Positions 38,798-48,620 of a stretch of 64,000 nt of DNA are shown here, piece after piece. Origin of the DNA: an uncultured Spirochaetota bacterium (GTDB taxonomy: Bacteria > Spirochaetota > Spirochaetia > SZUA-6 > Fen-1364); the NCBI GenBank assembly GCA_963845535.1, contig CAWJSK010000015.1:256001-320000 (forward strand). Reading direction: 5' to 3'. Under the pieces are notes generated by a model. The model saw only the letters and a list, made by a program, of their open reading frames with translations, had not been told where the DNA came from and did not search any database. The position numbers were made by a program, and so were the translations under genes. Numbering within the stretch: position 1 is the first letter of the stretch; each line of letters begins with the position of its first letter.

Positions 38798-39733
38798 ATG
38801 AGCGATCTTGCGCAGGCGATGGCGATTCCCACCACCAGGCGGCGCCGAAAACCGGACATGCGCCGCGGCGCGTTCGTCTTTCTCCTGCTCTTGCCGGCTG
38901 TCGCCGCGCTCCTAATCTTCATGTACTACCCCATCGAGGAGACGTTCCGACTTTCATTCATGAAGGCCACAGGTATGGGGGACGCCACGTACATCGGGCT
39001 TCAAAACTACATCCGACTGTTCCAGGACGAGCAGTTTCAGGCAGGCCTGCTGCACGTGTTCGCCTGGGCGTTCTTCAGCGTCATCATCCAGGTCCCGCTG
39101 GCGTTCCTGGTCGCGTTCTACCTTGTCGGCTACCGCAACCGGGTGACCAAGTCCCTCCGCGCCGTTTTCTACATGGCCAGCATCCTTCCCTCGGCGGTCA
39201 CGGCCATGATCGGACGGTTCGTATTCTCCCCACGGAACGGAATCATCTCGACGGTGGCCACGGCGCTGAAGCTGCCCATCATCTCCCGCATCGATTTTCT
39301 TGGGGATCCGAACGTTGCATTCTGGACCATCTTCATCGTGGCCACGTGGACATACACGGGATTCTACATCGTCTACCTGATGGCCCGCATCGAGCAGATC
39401 CCCATGGAAATCCGGGAAGCCGCGGAGATGGACGGCGCCACGGGGTGGCGGTTCGCGTGGCACATCGTCGTGCCCATCGTCAACTATCCCCTCCAGATCA
39501 TCTGCGTTCTGTGCATCGTGGGCAGCATGAAGGTGTTCGACCTTCCCTTCATGATCACCGCAGGCGGGCCGGGCAACGCCACCATGACGCTGGGAATCAT
39601 TCTCTACAACCAGGGCTTCGTGAACTGGCAGTATGGGACCGCCTCCGCCGTGGGCGTGATCATTCTGGTGTGCTCCCTGGTGTTCACCGTGGTGCAGTTT
39701 TCCCTTCAGAGAAGGGAGGGAGCAGAGTCATGA
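38798..39733 (+). CDS. Carbohydrate ABC transporter permease (MalF-type)
   Basis: YIGLQNY, EAAEMDGA loop, MKVFD. Confidence 0.93.
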   Translation: MSDLAQAMAIPTTRRRRKPDMRRGAFVFLLLLPAVAALLIFMYYPIEETFRLSFMKATGMGDATYIGLQNYIRLFQDEQFQAGLLHVFAWAFFSVIIQVPLAFLVAFYLVGYRNRVTKSLRAVFYMASILPSAVTAMIGRFVFSPRNGIISTVATALKLPIISRIDFLGDPNVAFWTIFIVATWTYTGFYIVYLMARIEQIPMEIREAAEMDGATGWRFAWHIVVPIVNYPLQIICVLCIVGSMKVFDLPFMITAGGPGNATMTLGIILYNQGFVNWQYGTASAVGVIILVCSLVFTVVQFSLQRREGAES

Positions 39734-40608
39734 GCAGCCCAAACCCAGGCATTCCCAGCCTCACCGAGTCCTATTCCGGTCGAACCAGCAGGATCCCCGA
39801 AATCGGCGTCACCGTGGTCCTGGTCCTTCTGGCGGCCCTTGTCATCCTGCCGCTCATCATTCCGTTCTTCTTTGTTTTCAAGACCCGGCTGGAGTTCAAC
39901 TACCACCCCTGGGCGCTGCCCAAGGCCATCCGGTGGGACAACTTCATCCTGGCCTGGCAGGGCATCCGGCTGGACCAGGGCATGTTCAATACTCTCAGAG
40001 TCTGCCTGGGCGCCATCGTCCTGACCGTCCCGATTTCCGCCATGGCTGGTTACATCTTTGCCCGGTATCGGAGCAAGGTCACCGAGATCGTTTTCTATTT
40101 CATCCTGGGGGGCTTTTTCGTTCCCGTCCAGATGGTGCTCATTCCCCTGGTGAAGATGAGCGCCGCAATCGGGATTGCCAACACATTGCCCGGCGTCTTC
40201 CTGCCCATGGCAGCCTTTGGCGTTTCGTTCTGGACCATGATCTACCGCTCCTTCTTCCGCGACCTGCCGGGAGAGCTTGCGGATGCTGCAAGGATCGACG
40301 GCTCCGGCCACACCGGGACGTTCTTTCGCATCATGCTGCCGCTGGCGCAGCCTGCCACCATCCTTGCCGTCATTCTGGTGTTCATCGGAGCATGGAGCGA
40401 CTACCTGCTCAGCCTGGTGATGCTGAACAACCCTGCCCTGTTCACCATGCAGCTTCGAACGTGGCAGTTCACGGGACAGTATGGGGTGGACCACATGCCG
40501 CGCTACGCGGCTGCTGCCATCCTTTCCGCGGCTCCGACGGTGATCCTCTACATCATCGGCCATCGGTGGGTGCTCCGCGGGACTCTTGCGGGAGCATTGA
40601 AGGGCTGA
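39730..40608 (+). CDS. Carbohydrate ABC transporter permease (MalG-type)
   Basis: LPGELADAARIDG, IMLPLAQP, WSDYL; ATGA overlap. Confidence 0.93.
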   Translation: MSSPNPGIPSLTESYSGRTSRIPEIGVTVVLVLLAALVILPLIIPFFFVFKTRLEFNYHPWALPKAIRWDNFILAWQGIRLDQGMFNTLRVCLGAIVLTVPISAMAGYIFARYRSKVTEIVFYFILGGFFVPVQMVLIPLVKMSAAIGIANTLPGVFLPMAAFGVSFWTMIYRSFFRDLPGELADAARIDGSGHTGTFFRIMLPLAQPATILAVILVFIGAWSDYLLSLVMLNNPALFTMQLRTWQFTGQYGVDHMPRYAAAAILSAAPTVILYIIGHRWVLRGTLAGALKG

Positions 40609-40646
40609 ACAGCCGGCGGTGCGGCCTGCGGCCGCGAACCGCTACA

Positions 40647-41795
40647 CTACCACTGGGCAACTGCCCAGAATGCCGGCTTGGGTTTCTGGGACGTATCGAA
40701 CAGCAATGGCCAGTTTTTCCTGCCGGCCACGGGAAAAGAATCGAGCCAGGTGTGGTCATCCGCAATGCCCCAGAACGTCACCCCGGTCAACTTTCCCGGC
40801 TGACCCGCCCGGGAGGACCCAGGCGCTCCTGATTCGTCGCGAAAGACTTTGAAAAGAGCGTCGTACTGCGCTGCCTGCCTGCTTTCCAGGTCTGGAGGCA
40901 GCGCGGCCAGGGAAGAGGTATCTCCCCACCGGAACACGGAGAGATCCAGCTCCGTGATCTGGACGTCGACGCCCAGGGACTCGAAGCGCTCGATGGCATT
41001 CCGCACGGTCTGTGCATTAGGTTCAAAGATGGACCAGTGCCCCTGGATGCCCACTCCATCCACCAGGCCTTTCTCCTTCAGGGCCTTGACCAGCCTCACG
41101 GCTGCCTCCAGCTTGGCTCCGCTCTCGATGTTGTAATCGTTATAGAACAGCAAGGCGGAGGGGTCCGCCTGTCGCGCGAACTCGAAAGCCTTCTCGATAT
41201 AGTCCGGGATTCCGTCACCGTCTTCGTCTGCGCCCGCCGCAGCGAACCATGGGCTGTCCGTGCGCCAGCCGCCGTCGTCGGACAGCGCCTCGTTGACAAC
41301 GTCCCAGCAGTAGACCTGGCCCTTGTAGCGGGTGAGCAGGGTGGAGATGTGCTCCTGCATCCGGTCCAGGACAATAGCCCGGGTGGCTGGTCCTTTGTCT
41401 CCCACGAAAACCCACCGGGGAACCTGCTGGTGCCAGACCAGCGTATGCCCCCTCACGCGCATGCCATGCGCGCGGGCGAATGCCACGATGGCGTCCGCTC
41501 CATAGAAATTGTAGGATGAAGCAGCGTTGCCGCGCCGGGGATGGATGTGCTCCCATTTCATGTCATTCTCCGCGACAAGGCTGTTCACCTGTGTCACGAG
41601 AAGATCCTCCTGGGTGACAAGCGACTGCGGTTCGACAGCGGCGCCGATGGGAAAGTACGGCTGATACAGGGAGGCAAGCGACGGCACGACAGCTTCGCGG
41701 GACGCGCCGGAAGCCTCACTGCCTGATTGTGCGCCAAGGCGGGACGCACAGACGCAAAGCTCCACGAGCAGCGTGACGATGAGGGCTTTTCTCAT
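40647..41795 (-). CDS. Endo-1,4-beta-xylanase, GH10
   Basis: AENDMKW, RGHTLVWH, WDVVNEA, YNDYN, GIQGH, ITELD; signal peptide from ATG 41795. Confidence 0.93.
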   Translation of the reverse strand: MRKALIVTLLVELCVCASRLGAQSGSEASGASREAVVPSLASLYQPYFPIGAAVEPQSLVTQEDLLVTQVNSLVAENDMKWEHIHPRRGNAASSYNFYGADAIVAFARAHGMRVRGHTLVWHQQVPRWVFVGDKGPATRAIVLDRMQEHISTLLTRYKGQVYCWDVVNEALSDDGGWRTDSPWFAAAGADEDGDGIPDYIEKAFEFARQADPSALLFYNDYNIESGAKLEAAVRLVKALKEKGLVDGVGIQGHWSIFEPNAQTVRNAIERFESLGVDVQITELDLSVFRWGDTSSLAALPPDLESRQAAQYDALFKVFRDESGAPGSSRAGQPGKLTGVTFWGIADDHTWLDSFPVAGRKNWPLLFDTSQKPKPAFWAVAQW

Positions 41796-41996
41796 CCGAT
41801 TACTATAGCCGCTTCCCTCCGGGAGATGAACCAGAAAAAACAACGCACTCTCCGTCGGATATCTGACGGAGAATCGGTGGCTGGCTCGGGACCCGAGCAT
41901 CGGTAATACCACCTATTGACGAATTCATATTTTAACCTCTTTCAGCCGTCCGCCGGTCCGTATACCGTGAGGGTCGTGACGCACGATCACGGGAAG

Positions 41997-43625
41997 ATGA
42001 CGCATCCGCGCATGATCAGAAATCCTGTCCTTCGCGGATTCTGCCCGGACCCTTCGATTGTCCGCGTGGGGGACGACTACTTCATTGCCACCTCCACGTT
42101 CGAATGGTTCCCCGGCGTCTGCATTCATCATTCCCGTGACCTCGAGCACTGGCGCATTGTCTCGCGTCCGCTCGACAGACCCGGCCTGCTCGACATGAGG
42201 GGGGACCCGAACTCGGGAGGGGTCTGGGCGCCGTGCTTGAGCTGGGCTGAAAGCCGATTTTGCCTCGTGTACACCGACATGAAGCGATGGGCCGGACAGG
42301 TCAAGGACTGTCACAACTACCTCACCACGGCTCCTTCCATCGAAGGTCCGTGGACTGATCCGATCCATCTGAACAGCTCCGGGTTCGATGCGTCGCTGTT
42401 CCATGACACGGACGGCCGCGCGTGGTTGATGAACGTGCTCTGGGATTATCGCCCTGCCCGCAGCGGCTTCGGGGGAATCATTCTCCAGGAGTACTGCCGG
42501 AAAGAGAGCCGCCTGGTCGGCGCGCCGCGGCTGGTTTTTACCGGGACCGAGCTGGGGCTGGTGGAAGGTCCGCACATGTACCGCCGGGGCAGCTGGTACT
42601 ACCTGGTGACTGCCGAGGGAGGGACCTTCGCCACGCATGCGGTGAGCGTTGCCCGGTCTGCGTCGATTCAAGGTCCCTACGAGGTCATGCCGGAGAATCC
42701 GCTCCTGACATCCGCGCATGATCCGCTCCTGGGAATGCAGAGCGCGGGTCACGGAAGCCTGGTGGAAACGCAGAACGGAGAGTGGATCCTTGCGCACCTC
42801 GTGCGGCGGCCGCGCGCAAAGGGCAGGTCGATACTCGGACGAGAGACGGCGCTGCAGCCCCTGGAATGGACGGCGGATGGCTGGCCCAGATTGCGGTGCG
42901 GAGGGCGCGCTCCGGCCGACACTTTCCCTGCTCCTGACCTGCCGACGTGTCCATGGGACCCGGAGCCGGCAGTGGATCATTTCGATGCGCCGACCCTCGG
43001 CAGAATATACCAGTCGCTGCGCATTCCGCTCGAAAGCTCATTGATGAGCCTGACGGAACGGCCGGGCTTCCTGCGACTGAAGGGAGCGGAGAGCATTCTC
43101 TCCAATTTCCGGCAATCCCTGGTGGGCAGGCGGATCGCTTCCTTCCGGATCAAGGCAGCGACATGCGTGGAGTTCGAGCCGAAATCGTTCCAGAACCTCG
43201 CGGGCCTGGCCGCCTTCTACAATACGGAAAGTTTCTTCTATTTATTCATCACCCGGTCCGATCACGCTTCAAAGTGTCTGGGTCTCATGCAGTGCGAGCA
43301 CGGCACGCTTTCGTTCCCCGTTGAGAAGGAAATACCCGTCGAGAGCTGGAACCGGGTGCATCTTGGGTTCGAGCTCGACCACGAGAGGCTTCAATTTACC
43401 TATTCTCCGGATGGCGTGACGTGGACGAAGATCGGATGGGAGATGGACGGATCCATTCTCTCCGACGAGCATGCCAACCCGTGCGGATTCACCGGAGCCT
43501 TCGTGGCTGTGTGCTGCCAGGACCTGAGCGGCCAGGGCCATCACGCGGACTTCGATTTCCTGGAGTATGTGGAGTTGGACGCCTGGAAGGTTCGGGGAGA
43601 GGCCGCTATCAGCGGCATTCCCTAA
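41997..43625 (+). CDS. Beta-xylosidase, GH43
   Basis: NPVLRGFCPDPSI, TSTFEWFPG, GVWAP, FDASLF, EGPH, LGRET, C-terminal FTGAFV. Confidence 0.93.
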   Translation: MTHPRMIRNPVLRGFCPDPSIVRVGDDYFIATSTFEWFPGVCIHHSRDLEHWRIVSRPLDRPGLLDMRGDPNSGGVWAPCLSWAESRFCLVYTDMKRWAGQVKDCHNYLTTAPSIEGPWTDPIHLNSSGFDASLFHDTDGRAWLMNVLWDYRPARSGFGGIILQEYCRKESRLVGAPRLVFTGTELGLVEGPHMYRRGSWYYLVTAEGGTFATHAVSVARSASIQGPYEVMPENPLLTSAHDPLLGMQSAGHGSLVETQNGEWILAHLVRRPRAKGRSILGRETALQPLEWTADGWPRLRCGGRAPADTFPAPDLPTCPWDPEPAVDHFDAPTLGRIYQSLRIPLESSLMSLTERPGFLRLKGAESILSNFRQSLVGRRIASFRIKAATCVEFEPKSFQNLAGLAAFYNTESFFYLFITRSDHASKCLGLMQCEHGTLSFPVEKEIPVESWNRVHLGFELDHERLQFTYSPDGVTWTKIGWEMDGSILSDEHANPCGFTGAFVAVCCQDLSGQGHHADFDFLEYVELDAWKVRGEAAISGIP

Positions 43626-43749
43626 AAATCATTCACACTTGTTCAAGACAAATTTTCTGTCGTGGCACTCAAGGGCACGGCACGAAAGGATAGACGCTAG
43701 CTCCACCGCAGCACTTTGCCTCAACCAATAGGGTAGGTTAGATTGAACC

Positions 43750-44103
43750 ATGACCCTTCGTGCCCTCGCTTGGTATCACGTCAAAGAGACCAAACAGTAC
43801 TGCCAAGTGGCCTCCATCATCTCATCGACTGACCCTCAGGTTCAAGTCAAGACCGCCAAGGAAAGCTTGAAAGGGGTCCACGTTGCCCTCGTCTGGTTCA
43901 CATCTACCGACGAAACCAACTCTGCCTGGACAAAGCGAGCGATCTTGATGGAACTGAAAAAAGCCTTCGGCCTTCTCAGGGAACCGACAGAAGCGGACTT
44001 GCTCATCATAGACAAGCTCAAAAAGACTATGAACGACATCCCCTTTCACTCGATGAGCATCGATGGCACAAAGACTGTAACGAGCAGTCAGGATGGAGCT
44101 TGA
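43750..44103 (+). CDS. Hypothetical protein
   Basis: 117-aa ORF with plausible composition; no recognised motif. Confidence 0.45.
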   Translation: MTLRALAWYHVKETKQYCQVASIISSTDPQVQVKTAKESLKGVHVALVWFTSTDETNSAWTKRAILMELKKAFGLLREPTEADLLIIDKLKKTMNDIPFHSMSIDGTKTVTSSQDGA

Positions 44104-44225
44104 TTCATCCGAAGATCAAGCAAAGATACCAAAAAACCTTTGGATTTCCTTCTGTCAGAAAAAGGCGAGACCGCCTCAATGGCAGTGTAACATTTTTTGC
44201 GTTAGACTTCGTACAGGAGGAAAAC

Positions 44226-44504
44226 ATGACACGACGAGCTTTGAGGAATCTCATCATCGGTATCTTGGCAATCGCGCTGCTTTCTGTCGGTGGAATGGTA
44301 TTCGCCCAACAGGTGAGCGGTGATCGCCATCCAAATCTCGCGGCAGCCCAGGACTTCATCCAGCAGGCGATTGGGAAGATCACAGAAGCCCAAAAGGCAA
44401 ACAAGGGCGATATGAAAGGCCATGCTGAAAAAGCAAAGCGGCTTCTTGGCGAAGCATACCACGAAATATGGCTGGCGGCTCAGGCAGCGAATGCCAATCA
44501 GTAG
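44226..44504 (+). CDS. Small secreted helical protein
   Basis: AGGAGG RBS, signal peptide VFA|QQ, RHPNLAAAQ...DMKGHA. Confidence 0.75.
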   Translation: MTRRALRNLIIGILAIALLSVGGMVFAQQVSGDRHPNLAAAQDFIQQAIGKITEAQKANKGDMKGHAEKAKRLLGEAYHEIWLAAQAANANQ

Positions 44505-44514
44505 CTACGGCATC

Positions 44515-44769
44515 ATGAAAACTTCATCGCTAGTCAAGCTGATCGTCGGTTGTGTGTTGGTCGGGGGGTTGGTGTTGGGTTGCGTCTCAGTTGGTCACCC
44601 GAATCTCGCCGCAGCCCAACAATACGTCCAGCAGGCCATGGGCAAGGTGACCGAGGCTCAAAAGGCAAACAAATACGATATGAAGGGACACGCTGACAAG
44701 GCAAAGAGGCTTATGGAACAAGCCATTCAGGAAATCCAACTGGCCGGGGAAGCAGCGAGCAGCTATTAA
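44515..44769 (+). CDS. Small lipoprotein paralogue of upstream protein
   Basis: Lipobox LVLGC, HPNLAAAQ...AQKANKYDMKGHADKAK. Confidence 0.75.
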   Translation: MKTSSLVKLIVGCVLVGGLVLGCVSVGHPNLAAAQQYVQQAMGKVTEAQKANKYDMKGHADKAKRLMEQAIQEIQLAGEAASSY

Positions 44770-44819
44770 CGACTCAAAGAACATCCCCCCGCCCAGTAGT
44801 TTCCAGCTTCATTTCGCGA

Positions 44820-44849
44820 CCCCTTGGTAGCCAACCACCAAGGGGTTTT
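44820..44849 (+). terminator. Rho-independent terminator
   Basis: CCCCTTGGT-loop-ACCAAGGGG followed by TTTT. Confidence 0.7.
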
Positions 44850-44882
44850 CTGATTTCGAAACTTGATATTTCAGTACATAGC

Positions 44883-44926
44883 CGTTGTGGACCCAAGGCA
44901 ATCCTCAAATTACATTTGAATCGTGA
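44883..44926 (+). repeat. 44-bp direct repeat, copy 1
   Basis: CGTTGTGGACCCAAGGCAATCCTCAAATTACATTTGAATCGTGA; 3 mismatches to copy at 45788. Confidence 0.85.
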
Positions 44927-45150
44927 TAGAACGGCGTTTCGGCCCTTTTTTGTCTGTCATGTGACAAGCAGGCATTCGGCCCAAAACATGGAAAAGGCTT
45001 CAAGATTCGACTTCGAGTTCTTCGTAGACGATGCCCGCCGATTCTCATTACGTTAACTCTGGCGCTGTTTGACGCAGAAATCTGTGGCATTCTAACCGAA
45101 TGCCGTTGCTTGAGATTTCATTTCCAAAATGAACGGAGATTGAGGATTGA

Positions 45151-45741
45151 ATGTCTCCTGAGAAACGCAGAGCCTTGGAAAAAGAAATTTTGGAGCTTCC
45201 ATTTCTCAATGGCTTCACGAAAGCCGAACGTGAGCTTGCAACAGAAGCAAGAAATGAGATTCTTGAGCTTGTATTCGACAAGTTCATTATACCTGATGAA
45301 GCGAGTAATACTGTCACTTCAACCAACTCTTGGAAACGAGCGCGGCAGTTATGGAAAACTTTGATCAGCGAACAACGGGCTTCCTATTTTGTTGAGCTAA
45401 AAAGCTCACGATATGCTGACTGGATAAGGACTGGCGCACCGACTGCCTTGCCTTGCACCACGTCCCAGGTAGAAGAGCGCAATAGGAACTTGCCAGAGCT
45501 TCAAGGGACTGAAACTTCTGTGGATCAGGCGAGAGTGATCCGAGCAACGCTCCTAAAGTTTGCCGATGAGCTTTTTGAAAACCTACTGCGGATCGGCGCA
45601 CCGGCGGAAAATCGCCGCAAGCTAATGAGTTTCCGTAACCAGATTTTGAGGCAAGGAACTGACGCAGACTGGTTCGTGAATAATCAGCCAAGGGATTTCA
45701 GGGACTATGAAAAAACGGTGATTGAACTGATGGAAGAATAG
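45151..45741 (+). CDS. Hypothetical protein
   Basis: 196-aa ORF with GAGGA RBS. Confidence 0.6.
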   Translation: MSPEKRRALEKEILELPFLNGFTKAERELATEARNEILELVFDKFIIPDEASNTVTSTNSWKRARQLWKTLISEQRASYFVELKSSRYADWIRTGAPTALPCTTSQVEERNRNLPELQGTETSVDQARVIRATLLKFADELFENLLRIGAPAENRRKLMSFRNQILRQGTDADWFVNNQPRDFRDYEKTVIELMEE

Positions 45742-45787
45742 AGTTCGAGAAAAGGTTGCCTCATTTTTATCATTGGGAGACGAAGAT

Positions 45788-45831
45788 CGTTGTGGACCCA
45801 AGGCAGTCCCCAAATTACATTTGAATAGTGA
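45788..45831 (+). repeat. 44-bp direct repeat, copy 2
   Basis: CGTTGTGGACCCAAGGCAGTCCCCAAATTACATTTGAATAGTGA. Confidence 0.85.
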
Positions 45832-46280
45832 CAAAAGAACATTCGAGTGTCCATTACATCTTCAAGGTGAGCATGATCGGGCCTGTGCGTGTTTCAAAAA
45901 CCATCTCTCTCAGGGGAGATCGAACACTTTGCGACTTGCACGAAGCAATCTTCCAAGCTTATGGCCGACATGATGATTTGATCTATTCCTTCTATTTCCC
46001 AAAAGCAGAAATGGGAGGATTCATGCCCGGGCTTTACCCAAAGGAGTATGCGCCAGAAGTAATGTTGGAGCGTGACACGTTCTCAAATGACAAGCCTTCT
46101 AACGCCGCCAAAACGACACTCGATTCCCTTCACCTGTTGATTGGGCAAACGTTTGAATACCTTTTCGATTTTGGGGATTCCGCTCTCCACGAAATCAAGG
46201 TTGTCGCAAAGCATTCTCTCAATCACGAGAATAGGCTTCCAACGCCTATGGAAAGCCGCCATTTAGGGCTGCGCCTTTGA
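45828..46280 (+). CDS. Plasmid pRiA4b ORF-3-family protein (copy 1, divergent)
   Basis: TL.DLHEAI, FEYLFDFGD. Confidence 0.8.
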   Translation: MTKEHSSVHYIFKVSMIGPVRVSKTISLRGDRTLCDLHEAIFQAYGRHDDLIYSFYFPKAEMGGFMPGLYPKEYAPEVMLERDTFSNDKPSNAAKTTLDSLHLLIGQTFEYLFDFGDSALHEIKVVAKHSLNHENRLPTPMESRHLGLRL

Positions 46281-46365
46281 CAAACCGAGCGGCATCAATC
46301 CTCTCATCAAATGCAAAAAAAAGGGAGGGGCAAAATACCTCCGCTTCATTCTGTCGAAACTCTTT

Positions 46366-46569
46366 TCAGTTCTGTCTGAATCTCTTTCCTTGCCACTCTC
46401 GATACGCAAGCCGAGCGAGTTTCTTCTCCGTTGTGCTCCCTTTCGTCTCGAAGAAGAGCACTTGAGCCTTGGCCTGATCTTCGTCCGAGAAAGCTTGTTC
46501 AGCTTCTACGACCTTTTCTGTCTGCTTTCCTTTTTCAATCCAAAAAACGGAACCACCGATCTTGTGCAT
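46366..46569 (-). CDS. Small hypothetical protein, homologous to N-domain of neighbour
   Basis: AGGAGG RBS; KIGGSVFWIE...QT..VV...AF.D..QA.AQ...LARLA shared with next ORF. Confidence 0.7.
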   Translation of the reverse strand: MHKIGGSVFWIEKGKQTEKVVEAEQAFSDEDQAKAQVLFFETKGSTTEKKLARLAYREWQGKRFRQN

Positions 46570-46812
46570 TAGAGAAATCCTCCTGAAAGAAATGAAGTAT
46601 CCAAATACAAACTACCCCGAGACACTTCGATGTGTCAAATTCAAGCGCGCGAAAGACTTCTTTTTACGGATCCTTTTTGACGATCCGTCCCAGGTGGTTT
46701 TATCTTTGTGTAGGAACTTCAACACGTCCGTTAGCGCTATGTGAAGCGATTATTTTGTGTCAATTTCTTAGCCTATCCGCTTTCCCTCCAAGCACATGCA
46801 TTCAAAGAATCT

Positions 46813-47457
46813 CTACTTGGTTGAAGCTTTCCTCTTGGTTGCCTTCCTCGCAGAAACCTTTCTCGCTGCCTTTCTTCCCGCTGACTTGTCCGAGGACTTC
46901 GCTCTTGAAGGCCTTTTGCTTGAGGGCTGAGAAGCGTCCTTGGGGGCCTTTCTCCCTACCTTCGTTTCGACTGCCTTCTTCGAGGGCTTTTCCCTTGAAG
47001 GTTCACCTTTTAATGACTTGGAAGCGACCTTCGGAGCTCTTCTTGCAACGCTTCTTCTCACTGACTTCTTTGATGACTTTGCTTTTGAAGGCTCACTTCC
47101 TGGGGACTTGGAAGCGACCTTCGGGGCTTTCTTCGCAACCTTCCTTGCCACTGGCTCCGTTGACGACTTTGCTGTTGAAGGCTTTTCCCTTGAGGGCTTT
47201 GAAGTCCTTTCCTGATCGACTTCCCCCGTAACCCTTCTTGGCGTAGATTCACTTTCCCCTCGATACCCTTTCCCGAGGAACTGTGTAAATGCCAAACGAG
47301 CAAGTATTAGTTGCTTTTTGTCACCTGAACTCTCTGCATATTGGATTTGCGCTACAGCCTGGGCAGGATCGCCAAAGGCTTCACTTACGTCAACCACTCT
47401 GTTCGTTTGTCTGGCGTTTTCGATCCAATAGACGTTGCCAACTATCTTTCTTGCCAC
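46813..47457 (-). CDS. Conserved N-domain + histone H1-like Lys/Ala/Ser-rich 30-aa repeats
   Basis: GGAGG RBS before GTG 47457; four 30-aa repeats (90-bp period, e.g. 47015 and 47105). Confidence 0.75.
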   Translation of the reverse strand: MARKIVGNVYWIENARQTNRVVDVSEAFGDPAQAVAQIQYAESSGDKKQLILARLAFTQFLGKGYRGESESTPRRVTGEVDQERTSKPSREKPSTAKSSTEPVARKVAKKAPKVASKSPGSEPSKAKSSKKSVRRSVARRAPKVASKSLKGEPSREKPSKKAVETKVGRKAPKDASQPSSKRPSRAKSSDKSAGRKAARKVSARKATKRKASTK

Positions 47458-47548
47458 TTTGCGCCTCCATAGGCTTATAGGTATTCCGCGCAACAAAGAC
47501 CAGCGTGCTCAAAGGGATTATAGCAGATTATTCGGCAAAAGGGTAGGA

Positions 47549-47722
47549 CTACTTGATCAGCTTATTCTTCTTCATGTATTCAATGAGCACTATCCTTATC
47601 CCTGTTGCCGTTGGAATCCGTCTCTCTTTGAAGTGCTTCTCAACAGCCTCCCAATCAGGATCGGACATTCGGAAGTTCCTCAACTTGAGCTTCTCATCGT
47701 CATCAAGCCTTGGTTTCGGCAT
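47549..47722 (-). CDS. Ribbon-helix-helix DNA-binding protein (57 aa, missed by ORF track)
   Basis: Manual translation MPKPRLDDDEKLKLRNFRMSDPDWEAVEKHFKERRIPTATGIRIVLIEYMKKNKLIK; 8 bp after the recombinase stop. Confidence 0.65.
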   Translation of the reverse strand: MPKPRLDDDEKLKLRNFRMSDPDWEAVEKHFKERRIPTATGIRIVLIEYMKKNKLIK

Positions 47723-47730
47723 AGCATCCT

Positions 47731-48596
47731 CTACAACAGTTCATCAAGCGAAAAGACTTCGTGCGTATACATATCCAAGGTGATCGCCGCGCTCGAATGC
47801 CCAAGGTATTCGGAGGTCGCTTGGATTTTGTGTGTTTTGTGTACCATAATCGCGGCAAACGAGTGCCTCAAAGTGTGGGCGCTTATGTGTTTGCCCAGAA
47901 CTTTCTCAGAAAGCTTCCCGATTTTCTTCGTGACGTTCACCTTGTCATATCTGTTCGCATGGACCGTCTCAAATAGAAAGTGATTCCCTTTGAAGGCTTC
48001 GAGGATCGCAGCATAATCCGACTCGGACAAGAAGACTGTCCTTGCTTTTGTTCCCTTCCCGAGAACGTTGATCTTCATCGCACTATCCGTCTCGGTTACA
48101 TCGTCCAACGTCGCGTTTAGCGCCTCAGAGATTCTTGTTCCAGGCCTATAAAGGAATCTGATGATGCAAGCAGTCTTTGGATCAGCAGCTTGGATCAATC
48201 TAGCAATCTCATCCTCCGAAAGCACATTCTCGGGACGGATGGCCCTTTCGTTCTTTGAGAGCTTCACGCGCTTTACGACTTTGTAGGCGTTCTTGAGCAC
48301 CTCTGCCTTCTCCGTGCCGTATGTCGCCGCCAGGAACCCGATGAGTCCCGCTTTGATTCCACACAGCTTCCTGTTGATGGTTGTCGCCTTCACCGAGTTT
48401 CCAAGGAGGTACTCCTTGTAGGCTTGGAGAGAGCCAGGATCGCCGATGGACCGCTTCCTCTCTCTACAGAATCCAGGTATGCCTCCCGGTCCCCTCTGTA
48501 TGCATTGTGGGAGATTTTGGAAAGACTTTCGGAGGGAGGGTTGAGGAAAAGAGCGACCTCATTAACTGCTAGGGCAGGAAGGGTGTCGTTTTCCAA
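47731..48596 (-). CDS. XerC/D-like tyrosine recombinase, one -1 frameshift near 48470
   Basis: Catalytic set GTRISE, GKGTK, HTLRH, LGH, MYTH; restoring one T gives YLDFCRERKRSIGD...YKEYLL...KATTINRKL. Confidence 0.85.
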
Positions 48597-48620
48597 AGGG
48601 TGCCTCTTTTTTGGCTGGAA

